From the NCBI GenBank assembly GCA_050273025.1, contig CP158635.1, positions 28,272,001 through 28,336,000 on the forward strand: DNA of 64,000 nucleotides, in the 5' to 3' direction. Source of the DNA: Cenococcum geophilum. Its lineage: Eukaryota. Both the position numbers and the translations under genes were made by a program. Within the stretch, counting starts at the first letter, position 1, and every line of letters starts with the position of its first letter. This document shows positions 50,443-62,400 of the stretch, piece after piece. Under the pieces are notes generated by a model. It worked only from the letters and a program-made list of their open reading frames with translations. It made no database searches and was not told the DNA's origin.

Positions 50443-53400
50443 TGTTACGGACGCTTTAAGTACGATATTATAACTACTTAGGAAAGAGTCGGAAGAAGCT
50501 AGTTGGTTAATTTAGGCACAGTCCAGAATAGAGCTAGTAGAACTATATAACGAGGGATAGTAACTAAGGTCACGTAATATAATCTATATAATCTGTAGGA
50601 TCTATATAATCCGTAATAGAGTAGATAGAGTATACATATATTACGTATAAGAAGGATTTTATAGAAGTACGGTTGTATATTTAAGGACCCTTAGTCCCTA
50701 CCTAGATAGTTACTTCCTTATAGTGATTCTTAGAATATAATTAGAGTTAATCTATTAGGCAACTACTCCACTAGTTATTATTACGTTATTAACTTTTATA
50801 CTTGCATTACTTATATACCTAGCCTAATAATAAGCCCATTATAGTTCCTGCTATAAGGTTCCGTTATATAATTACTACCTAGTTACGGTATTAAATATAG
50901 AAAGTTAAATAACATGCCACTAAAAGCAGCCACTACAACGCTATTAACGGCGGCAACTACTTTAAGGTTAGGTGATACTAGTATAGCAGATACTGACTTA
51001 TAGCAACCTATGACGGTTAGATAACTATAAGAGATAGTTAACTAGTTAATAACTAATAATGCAGCGTTAGAAGAAAGGGTTAATAGGATTAGAGCGGTAA
51101 AGATTAAGTTACTATTAATTAAGAGGTACTTAGGAGAAAGATTAAAGCTTAAGGAGTTTCTTACCTAAATGCACTTTAAAGTTATATAAGAAGGGGTAAA
51201 GCTATTAATACCTATAGATTAAATAGCCTATACGGGACTATTCCTATTAGGAAGAGCACTTAAGTAGTTTAAGCCTTACCTTATAGAAATATAGGTAAAT
51301 AGAATAACGACCACTAATTAGGAGGTGCGGTTTATATTCTTAAGTTAGGAAGGGTTCACGAAGCGACTTATATAGATGTTTAGAGACCTAGAGGCAGTAA
51401 CTACGGCGGAAAGAAAACTCTAAGATATTATGCAACGAACCTTAGTAATTAAGTATATAATACAGTTCCAAACGCTAGCGATATAAGTTAAGTGGAATAA
51501 TAAGGCGCTTATAGCACAGTATAAGTAAGGACTTAAGGCTAAAGTCTAGGACGTAATTATCCTAATAGAAGATACGGACACCTTAAGGGAGTTAATAGAT
51601 TAAGTAATTAAAATCAATAATTGGATCTACTAAAGGGAACAGGCTAAGAGAGGCTAAGATAGAGTTTTATAGTTATATAAGACGCAAAGTACGTAATAAC
51701 TAAAGCTAAATTAGAAACTATAGTATGGCGTAGAGCTAATAGACCTAAGTGGTACTAAAGAAGCCTATAAGAGATAGAGTAAGAAACTATAAAAACCTAG
51801 AGGTTAAGGATTTAGTGATTATAGAACTAAGGAGTAGAGGCTAAACTAGGGATTTTAGTAGCAGAAGACGTTTAGGCGGACTCTATAGCAAAGTTAATAG
51901 TTTAAAGACGGAGCTTATATAAATTATAAGAAATAAGGTTATTTTATAAGGGATTATAAAGATAGTTAGAGGTATTATATAATAAAGGGAACCTAACTAG
52001 TAGTAAAAGACATATACGTATAAAGGGACGATAGTGTACTGCGAGGAATAAAAGAATATTTAATTAGAAGTTTTACGTTTTGTTATAATAACGTATGCCG
52101 AATTTATAAAGACGCTAAGTATAGCGTAAGCTATTAGCTATAGGAGCCAAAATCTATAAAGTATAGAGGAACTAATAAACTAGTTCGCAGATCGGACATT
52201 AAGGACAATGAATTTAACATAGGCGAAACATTTTATAATAATAAGGTAATAAAGGCAGCTTACTAGGAGTATGTAGACCTTAGAGATATTATATAAGAGG
52301 TAGAGGATGATTCCACTATAGAATAGGGAATATTAGTAGGGATTAAGACCCTACTAGACACGATATCTATCGCTTCGCAAGATGTAAGAGAAGTAGGATA
52401 GTAAACTACTTTGGCACTTAATAAAGGCAAAAGGCTAAAGGCTTAAGACTTTTAAGATGAGATAAAAGACGACTAAGACTTTTAAAACGAGATGAGGTAA
52501 GTTTAAGGACCTATAACAGACGAAAACCGATGGAGTAGAGTAGTAGCTTAGTTTAAGGATATACAAATAAGCTTAGGACAGAGTTTCCTATAGGCATAAG
52601 ACTCTTAAGACGAGATAAGAATACCTAAGCCTAGTTGGACTAAGGTAGGAGTAAAGCTTAAGATAGAAGCGAGCTCGGGATTAAAGAATCTAAGGGACTA
52701 AGAATTTGGAGTACGAATAAGGACACCTATAAGTAAGAGGTAAAAGGCTTCTTTATAGATTAGAGAATCTATAGTATAAATAGTAGTTAGACTAGGAGAC
52801 AGATATATAGACTTAGAGGACTTACTAGAAGAACGTAGTGTTCGGCCTAAAGATTAAAAAGTTAATACTAAGATTAAGAAGTAAGAAGACTTTAAGGATC
52901 TATCTGCGAGACGTAAGCTAAAAGAAACCATGGAAGAATTTAGACGAAGAATTATCGCATAGCAAGAATAGAAACTAGATAAGAGATTTAGCACACTAGG
53001 TTATATAAGGGACAGAGCACCTATATAAAGAATTATTAATAGGCCTAAAGCAGGCATATTAAGAGCTAAGTAGCTTACTAAACTGGAACAAGAAGAGGAT
53101 CTAGGGATTTTAACTAGGTTTAAAGAACGATATATAAAGGGCTATTATAACGCAGTAATAAGAAGATACTTCCTTATAGACGAGCCGTATATACTTTAGT
53201 AGCTGTACTAAAGATGGTATAGGCAAAGGCATAACAATAAGTGGAGAGATTTCTATATATGGTTGGATAAGAAAGTTATCTAAGACTACCCGATTATAGA
53301 GAAAGCTATAAGTTATATTAAAGGAGCCTTAATTATAACGTTAAAAGATCTAGAGGAGCAATTAGAGGACTAGAGAAGTGAGAGGTAAATTATAGTACCT

Positions 53401-56400
53401 GTAAATAAAGTTATAACGCTTAGATTAATATAAGAAAGGTTTAAACTTAAGGATAAAGACGAGCTAAAAGTTAACCTAAGACACTAAGCATATTACACGT
53501 TGGCGTAGATCGTATATATAGATAATACATGTAATATATATAGAGTACTAAAGGATAAGAACCGGAAATACCTAGTAAGGATACACTGGTTATTAAATAA
53601 GGCGAAATATTAAAACGCTAGGTATATGTATAGTTAGCACTTAGTAAAAGTGTAAAGCTAAGGGGACTTAATACTTTAACTAGGAAGATTCCTTATAGAA
53701 AAATACTTAGACGGATAATAGTAGTGGGAATGCCTAGAAAATACGTGTCTATAGTATATCGAAGATAAAAAGCGAACTAAGTATTAGCTAAAGTTAGACT
53801 AAGTATAAACAGGATTAAGTAGCTAATAGTTAGAAAAAGTAGAGGCCTACGGGACTAAAGGGAACCAGTAGTAGAGCCTTAGACCCTTAAAGGAATTTAA
53901 GGATAATACCTAAATTTATAAGTTAAGTAGTAAGATTAACAGTTTAAGGTACTAATAGATAGTGGAGTAATAAGGAACTATATCTCGCTAGTAGCAGTTA
54001 AAAGAATAGGGTTACCACACAGGAAAAAGGAGCATCTTTACCTATTAGTAACAATTTTAGGAGATCTAATAGCCTACGGAGGAGGCATTATTAATCTTAA
54101 AATAGGACCTATTTAGTTAACTATTAAAGGGAGATAAATCGAGATATCTTTTAATATATTACCATTAGGGAATAATAAGGCAGTATTAGGAATGCCTTAG
54201 TTATAGAAATATAATCTAAAGATCGATTAGGTTATAGGTTAGGTTAATATTAAAGATACTTAACGCCGTAAAATATAATAATAAGCTAAGTTGGTATAGT
54301 ACTAAGTCGGAGCGACGTATAAGGAAACTAAGTAAGGCTTAAGTTATATACTAAAGAGATACTATAAGTATGGTAAGAAACTATAGTTACTAAAAAGTAA
54401 AAAGCTGTTAGAGTATATAGTATAGGACTATAAGATAGAATTAGAACTAGAAATAAGTCTAAGGTTCTTTCTAATCTATAAGCTTACTAAAGAAGAAGGT
54501 AGAGTATTAAAAGAGTTTATTTAGGAAAACCTATAAAAGGGATATATTAGACCATCGCAGTTATTAGTAGGTTATCCAGTACTGTTTATACTAAAGAAAA
54601 ATAGTAAACTAAGGCTGTATATTAACTATAGATAGTTAAATAGCATTACCAGAAAGGATAGGTATTCTTTACCCTTAATTAGCAAAATCTAAGATAGGAT
54701 AGGTAATGCGTAAATCTTTATAAAGATAGATCTAAGATAGACGTACTATTAGATTAGGATTAAGGAAGGCAATAAATAGAAAGCAGCCTTTAGGTTAAAG
54801 GAAAGGCTATATAAACTGTAACCGACTACCGGACCTTGCATATTACCCTGTTTCACCTGCGTCAGCACTACCCTCGTATGTCTCAGATACGTTGGAAATG
54901 AGTTATAGGCTTCGGAGTTCGGGGTCTACTTTCATGTATTTATACCACTTGATTTCCATAGATTTACAATTAAGTCGCTCGTTCAATTCCCACACACTGC
55001 AAAGCTTACATAAACTATTAGTTATATAATTTAGGCTTATAAACGTACTAGCAACGTTCTAAAAGCGTATTAATAATGTATTAGAAGAACACTTAGATAA
55101 ATTTATTATGGTATATCTTAATAATATTATTATCTACTTAATAACTAAGGAAGAATATAAAGAACACGTTAAATAGGTCTTAAAGAGACTATAGGAAGAA
55201 TAGATACTAGTAATAATTAAGAAATACAAGTTCTTTACCAGGAAGACCAATTTTATTAGATTTATTATTAAACTAGGCTAACTTAGTATAGATCCGAAGA
55301 AGATTAAGGCTATAGTAAATTGGTAAGAACTAGAGAATGTTATATAGTTAAGATTGTTTTTAAGGTTTTGTAATTACTGCAGAATGTTTATAGCGTAGTA
55401 GTTAAAGGATATTAAACTATTTACGCGACTAATAAAGAAAGAAGAACTATAGGTATGGGGAGAGGAATAATAAGAATTGTTTAAGAAAGTTAAAGAGATA
55501 TTTACCTAGGAGCTAGTTCTTAAGACCTATTAACTAGGACTAGAGACGGTTATAGAAATAAATATATTAGACTATATACTAGGGGCGTACTTTATATAGA
55601 AATATTAAAATAGATGGCACCTAGTAGTATATTATAGTTAAAAGATAACACTACTAGAGTTAAACTATAATATCTATAACAAGGAGTTACTAGGTATAGT
55701 TATAGTACTAAAAAAATAAAAAGTATTCTTATAAGGTATAAAGAAACTATTTATAATTAAGACGGATTATAAAAACCTAATAGGATTTCTAATAATAAAG
55801 GAACTTAACTAGAGATAGGTTAGATGGGCAGAGATGCTTATAGAATACTATTTTAAGATTTAGTATACTAAGGGTATAGACAATATAAAGGTAGACGCTC
55901 TAAGTTAAAAAGCTAAACTATAAAATAATAAGAAGCTATTAGGGGCTTTACTGCAAAAGGATATAGACAGATTAATTAGATATAATTATCCAAAAATTAT
56001 AGCAACTTAAGAAGAACTAGATAGAGTTTATAAGTTACTAAAAAGCTTTTAGAAATAAAGAATTCTAAAAGTATAGCTAGAAGATCTATAGACGGATATA
56101 TACGAAAATTAAGAAGTAAAGTATATCCTAAAAAGTATAGCAGAACAGTTTATAAGAAATTTCTATAAGGAAATAACTTAAGGATATAATGGAGTTATAG
56201 GCCTAGTATTAAGACTTTAGAAAGAGTATATTATTAATAGAATCTAGGGCTTAGCGTAAAGAGTTACTAAGGAATATCTAGATTGCTAAAGGAATAAACT
56301 AATAAGGCATAAGCCGTATGGAGGGCTATAACCTATTAAAATACCAGAGAGACTATAGGAGGTTATATTATAGGACTTTATTATTAAGTTACTAAAGTTT

Positions 56401-58581
56401 AGAGATCCTATTACTGGATAAGATTACGATATAATCTTAGTAATAGTAGATAAGCTTATAAAGTAGGGATACTTTATAGTATGTATAGAAGAAATATTAC
56501 TAGAAGATATTACTAGAATCTATATTAAAGAAGTGTTTATAAGGTACGGAGCACTAAGTAAGATTATATTAGACAGAGATTTAAGATTTATAGTAGTATT
56601 CTAAAAGGTATTCTTAGCGGAGTAAGAAGTTAGAGTAGTAACTTTTACTATATATTATCTATAGACAGACGGTTAAATAGAAAGATTAAATTAGATACTA
56701 GAACAGTATTTAAGATATTATATTAATTACGTATAGAATAATTAGGTATTATTATTACCAGTTATATAGTTTATATATAATATAACACCTTAAGAAGGAA
56801 TAGGCATATTATTATTTAAGGCAAATTATAAATATAAGCTAAGAATATTGTTATTACTACAATAAGTAAAGAAAATAAGTACTATAGCTAAAAAAAAGAA
56901 TAAAGACGTTAATAAATCTTTATATAGACCTTATAGAATTAGTAAAAAAAGTATAAGAGAGAATAAAAAAGTATTATAATGCTAAGAGATCTAAGGGACT
57001 AGATCTTAAGGAGGGAGATAAAGTGTAGCTATTATACAAAAATTTTAAGAGTTAATAATTAAGTAAGAAGTTAGACCACGTTAGACTAGGACCTTTTAAA
57101 ATTATTTAAAGAATTTTACCAGTTATATTTAAGTTAAACCTACTAGCCAAAATAAAGATCTACCCTATATAGCATATTATAATGCTAGAGCTAGTATACG
57201 GGAATATTAAGCCACTGGTCTATAAAGTAAATACATATAGAGAATAAGAAGAAGATAAATAGCAAGTTTTAAAGATTGTTAGTTATAAGGATATTAATAA
57301 TAAAATATAGTATAAAGTTAAGTGGATAGGCTATAATAAGACTACCTAAGAGCTATTAAAAAATTTAAAGAACGCTATAGGAAAGGTATAGGAGTATTAG
57401 AGAAGATTAGGTTAGGTAGTATTAATAAAAAAGGATTACTAAAAAATAAGTTACCTAAGGGGGACCTAAGAAAAGCAGTTACTAAACTATTTAAATTTAT
57501 TTCCATTTTAGCTAGAAAAGAATCCGTTCTTTTATTACCTAATTCCTATAAACCCTATTTTATAAGTTTTTACTCCTTAAAACGGACTTTTTTATAAACC
57601 TTTTTAAGACGGATTAACTAAGCGGACGCCGTAAGATAAGACTTAAGGGCCCGTTACTAAGTATCGGCAGCCTCCTATTCTACGTTATAGGAACGGCGTA
57701 GTTCCGCTAGAGTAACAAACAGTTTATTATCTAGCTATATAGTAGTAGATTAAATATAAAACCCTAAGATAAATTAATTAGGGAACTAGATAACTATTAA
57801 GAGCAATAAGTTGCGTATATTTAGTATTAGAGATAGAGTAAATATTATAGGACGAATAAATATTTACTTTAGTGCACTTTAAGTAAGAGAACGGTTATTA
57901 TAAAGATGGGTTTGCCAACGTAATATAAACCAACCCCTCTTTTAAATAGCGAGAATATGGAGATAATATGGTTTTACTAAGGGACAATATTACAGCAACA
58001 GTGTGAGCATAATGAGCAGTTAAGGAAGAAGAAATTGCTTTAGGTATAATAAGTAATAATATTAACTAAATTAATTAGACGGATATTATACCTCTAGTAA
58101 ATAACTTAGAGATATTAGGAATCTTTAAGGACGAAGATAAAGAGGAGGGAGATAGTATTACGGACGCTTTAAGTATAATGTTATAACTACTTAGGGAAGA
58201 GTCGGAAGAAGCTAGTTAGTTAATTTAGATACAGTTTAGAATAGAGCCGGTAGAACTATATAATAAGGAATAGTAACTAAGGTTATATAATATAATTTAT
58301 ATAATTTATAGGATCTATATAATCTGTAATAGAGTAAATAGAGTATATATATATTACGTATAAGAAGGATTTTATAGGAGTATGGTTATGTATTTAAGGA
58401 CCCTTAGTCCCTACCTAGATAGTTCCTTCCTTATAGTAATTCTAAGAATATAATTAGAGTTAATCTATTAGGCAACCACTCTACCAGTTGTTATTACGTT
58501 ATTAACTTTTATACTTATATCACTTATATACCTAGCCTAATAACGAGCCTATTGTAGTTCCTACTACAAGGTTCCGTTATA
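50443..58581 (+). mobile_element. Ty3/Gypsy chromovirus K with extended gag region, full length, RIP-inactivated
   Basis: 426-bp LTRs 50443-50868 and 58156-58581; TSD AATGG; PPT AGAGGAGGGAGA; gag ~50914 on, knuckle ~51915-51960, protease LIDSG ~53952, RT ~54420-55300, RNase H, integrase, chromodomain ~57255-57400. Confidence 0.93.
54817..55010. mobile_element. Solo LTR (194 bp) of a family not otherwise seen in the window, inserted in the RT of K
   Basis: TGTAA...TTACA termini, TSD TAAAC both sides; K RT frame resumes after removal. Confidence 0.88.
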
Positions 58582-59467
58582 AATGGTAATAGTTTTTACT
58601 TTATTAACTTAATTAATAATATATAATAGAAAATATAATCTAAATAATTTAAACTTCTTATTAAGTGGGAAGGATGTAAGATATAAACTTAGGAAACCTA
58701 TAATTAGATTAAGGCTAACGCGCCTTTCTTAGTAAAAGAATTTTATAAGGACTATTCTTTACGGCCTACTCTAGCTAGATAGATATAATATAAAGGTAAA
58801 TAATTGACGCCTAATATAAATATACGAAAAACGATAATAAGAACTTAAAATATATTATAATGTTTGTAATACGGTTATATAACATATAAGATATTAAGGA
58901 ACTTTAACTAGCGGTTAAAGTTATCTAATTAGTTAAATTTGCCTTACTAAGACCTATTATAAAGATATTAGTTTAGCTTACCGCCTTAACTAAGCTAATA
59001 GTAATTTTCTATACCGGGCATAGAAAATCCTAATTAGCCTACTTAATAATTAGAACCGGTAAAACCCTATCTTACTACCTAACGCGAAAACATAACACGT
59101 AATAAGTTATAAGTCTTAACTAAAATTGAATTATTTGGACCTTTAGCTAAAAGGAGGGATACTATAATAGGACTAGCCTAGTTATAGTAGGAATGTCTTA
59201 GTAAAACACTTAATAAATAAATTCCGACGCTTTAACCAAATTCTACTAAATGAATTAAATTCTATTAAAGTCTGTTAAAGACCGCGTGCGTATATATATA
59301 CGCATCGACCACTAAGCCCCTAACTATTTAATTATATAATTCTCTTATTATTCCTTTCTCTTCTTTACGCAATGTCTTGTTCTGAGCGAGAGCTATATAC
59401 CCTTAGATTTAGATAGAATTTATATTATTCCTTTAAATCTTCCCTAAAGTCTCTTCGCGCCCTTATA

Positions 59468-62400
59468 GATATATATTTCCTTTCTTTTAAATTACGCTAT
59501 TATAACGGACTTATATTAGTAAGGTTACAGCTATTTACTAAAAGGGTATTAGATAGTAAAGTATAAAGATACCTTACTTATTAAGCTTAATCCTTTTCTT
59601 TAATACCTTACTTCTCATTATTAACCTTTGTCTAATTTAGACGTATCTTTAATATATTATTAAGATTTTTTTTATATATTATTAATTTAATATACCTTTT
59701 TAATCTTTTACTAACTACTCTTTTAAACAAATTCTATAGCGTATTTTAGCCCTGCCTTTATATATAAAACCCTAATCTCTGCTAACCTATAACTAGTACT
59801 AGTTCTACCTAAATAATTTGCCTATATGTTTTTAAAAGATTAGAAATCTAATAATAGTATTCTAAAGGCTTATAATAAAACCTACTATATAAGGTCTAAT
59901 ACCTTTAGTCCTTATAATGAATATACGCGTATTAAGAGCGGTAGTTACGTTAAGATAAGATTTTCTATTCTTAATAGATTTCCATTACTAACTTTAAGCT
60001 CTAATAGCCTAGGCCTAAGTAGCGACATTCCTTTAATATCCTTAACTACTATATTACCTAGGCTCTCTCTTATTTTAGCGTAAATGCTAAACAACTTAGT
60101 TAAATTTAAGACTATACTATAGCTATCTATACTGCTTATAATTCCTAGTAAGCTAGCTAGCAACGCCTAATATAAGAGTAAGGCTAGTATATTAAGGATA
60201 GGGTAAGGGATAGAGGTAATAAAAAGGAGGTCGCCGTTTACTATAGAAAAGAGTATAATATAATACGTTATTAGGTAGGTTACCATTTAAATACCTAGTG
60301 GATAGGTAACTAATAGTCGCTATAATAAGGTCTTAGTAGTTCTAAACCATACCAACTAGCTAATATCTCTATTTATTCCAGGCTTAAGTATATCTTTATT
60401 AACTATAAGCTAATGCCCTAAGAGCTTTATTAGTATTAGTTTAGACCTAATATTAGTATTAAGCGTTTAAGAATTTCTACTCCTACTACACCTATAAAGG
60501 GATCTTATTCCCATTAGGTATCCCTTAAAGGGCTAATAGATACTAATCCTAATCCTAAGAATAGCATAGTGGCTTTTTAGATTAGGTATTTGTGATTAAA
60601 TTTTATATATAGTAGCAATTGAGGACCTTAATTAGGTGTTAAAAAAGGCCTTATAAGGCTTTTAAAAAGGGCTTAGAAGTCCTAAAAATAATATTCCTAG
60701 TATAGATTAATAAATACGAATGCAATTCTAGCAGAGTGCTCTATTAACTCTATACTATATACATAAAAAGGCTAAGGACCTATCCTGCCTTAGGCCGTAG
60801 CCCTAATTCTTATAGTTTTTAAAGCTTGTCTATTCTATATCCAATTTAACCTATTTACTTTTTAGGGCCTCTTACGGCCTACTATAAGCCTTTTTATAGG
60901 TTATAATAATATTATAGTATTAGAGCGCTTTTTGCGATTTATAGATTATAGACCTTAGTCCTAATATTCTTTTAGAATATCTTCGCAATAATTAAGGTAA
61001 TCCTCTAGTTTCTATATAGAGTCCTTAATAGGCTAGCCTAGCCATTTAACTTTATATTAAAGCTTATTCTTAACAGACTTATAATATAGTATAGCTTTAA
61101 CCTTATACCGCTCGTCTACTACTTTAGAGTATTTAATTAGGCCTAGTTAGAAGTTTTTTTCTAGTAGTAGTCTATACTATAGCTCTAGTAAGTTTATATA
61201 AAACACTAGATATATACAGGCTATAGATAAAGGTAGCTAGAGATAGTAGGCTAGCTTACTAATTTATTCCTTAATTTAAAAGGCACCTAGGTATCTTATA
61301 TTAAGCTTCATTAATAGTTAATAGGTCTTAATATTTGTTAAATATAATAGAACCTCGTTGCCTACTCTAAAATGCTTATTTTAGTATTTATAATTATACC
61401 AGAGTTTTTACTAATCTTAGGTATCTTGTAGGCTCTACTTTATATACTTTATTACTCCTCCTATTTCTAGAGGTATCCTTATACTCTTTAGTAGATATTT
61501 TTAAACCTCCTAGTAGGATCCTATAATTAATTATATGGCCTTAGCTAGTAATTACTAGGTATACTATTAAACCTAAATAGTTAGACGCTATAGGTAATCT
61601 AGATTGGTATATACTTATATAATATATATTGCTTTAAATTATAAGCGTACTCTATATATAGAAGTAGCTTATACTAGCTATCTTACTAATAGTTTAAATA
61701 TATTTATAGATAAGACTCTAGTTTCTAGTTCTAGCGTTCCGTTTATCTATCTATTTATAAATAAAAGGCTATACTATAATAGTGGTCTATCTTTAAATAA
61801 AAGTATAAATTTAACTAGTACTAGCTTATAAAGACACTGCCCCTATTAGTAATAATAGGACATAGCTAGTCTACTCTAAGAAAGTATTTCTCCTTAATTA
61901 GGCTGGCGAGCGCTTATACGTTAATTGTCTTATTAATAAAAATGTATTAAATATACTTTAAAAACCTATTAATAAGTATAAGAACTAAATTGTATATCTA
62001 TCCTTACCTATTTTTTAAGGGCGGGAGATCCGTAATAAAGTCTATAGTATAATATTGCTATAGCTTACTAGCGGGGGGAACTAATTTAAGTAGACCCTAT
62101 AGCTTATGCCTACGGATTTTATATACTTAACACTTCTTATAATAGCTAATATACTCCTTTACTTCCTACTTAAGCTTTAGCCAATAGTATTTATACTAAA
62201 GTAATTTTACTATTTTAGCTTAACTATAGTAGCCGCCCAGATAATTATTATAATTCTTTATAAGAATCTTTTATTATAGATTTACTTCTTATAGCACCTA
62301 AACCTTACCATATTTATATAGTAGGCCTATTAGGTCTAGTTCCTAATAATAGCGCCTAGTAGTATTCTTTCTATTATATTTCCGGTCTACTTCTATATTA

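Larger units (their letters stand above)
21881..59467 (+). mobile_element. Ty3/Gypsy chromovirus C, complete but split by three nested insertions (own sequence 21881-24512, 35855-36774, 48960-50442, 58587-59467)
   Basis: 305-bp LTRs 21881-22185 and 59163-59467; PPT AAAAGGAGGGA; gag knuckle CFRCSKTG ~23223, protease LIDS ~23512, RT continuous across G, RNase H continuous across I, integrase ~49350-50000, chromodomain ~58590-58760; flanks TACAC/GATAT only imperfectly match. Confidence 0.9.

Noticed and set aside
9256..61831. Short ORFs in the AT-rich block (9256, 24588, 28935, 32904, 38165, 39052, 47454, 59945, 61604)
   Set aside because: Stop-free remnants or antisense shadows of RIP-destroyed gag/pol or LTR sequence, not independent genes
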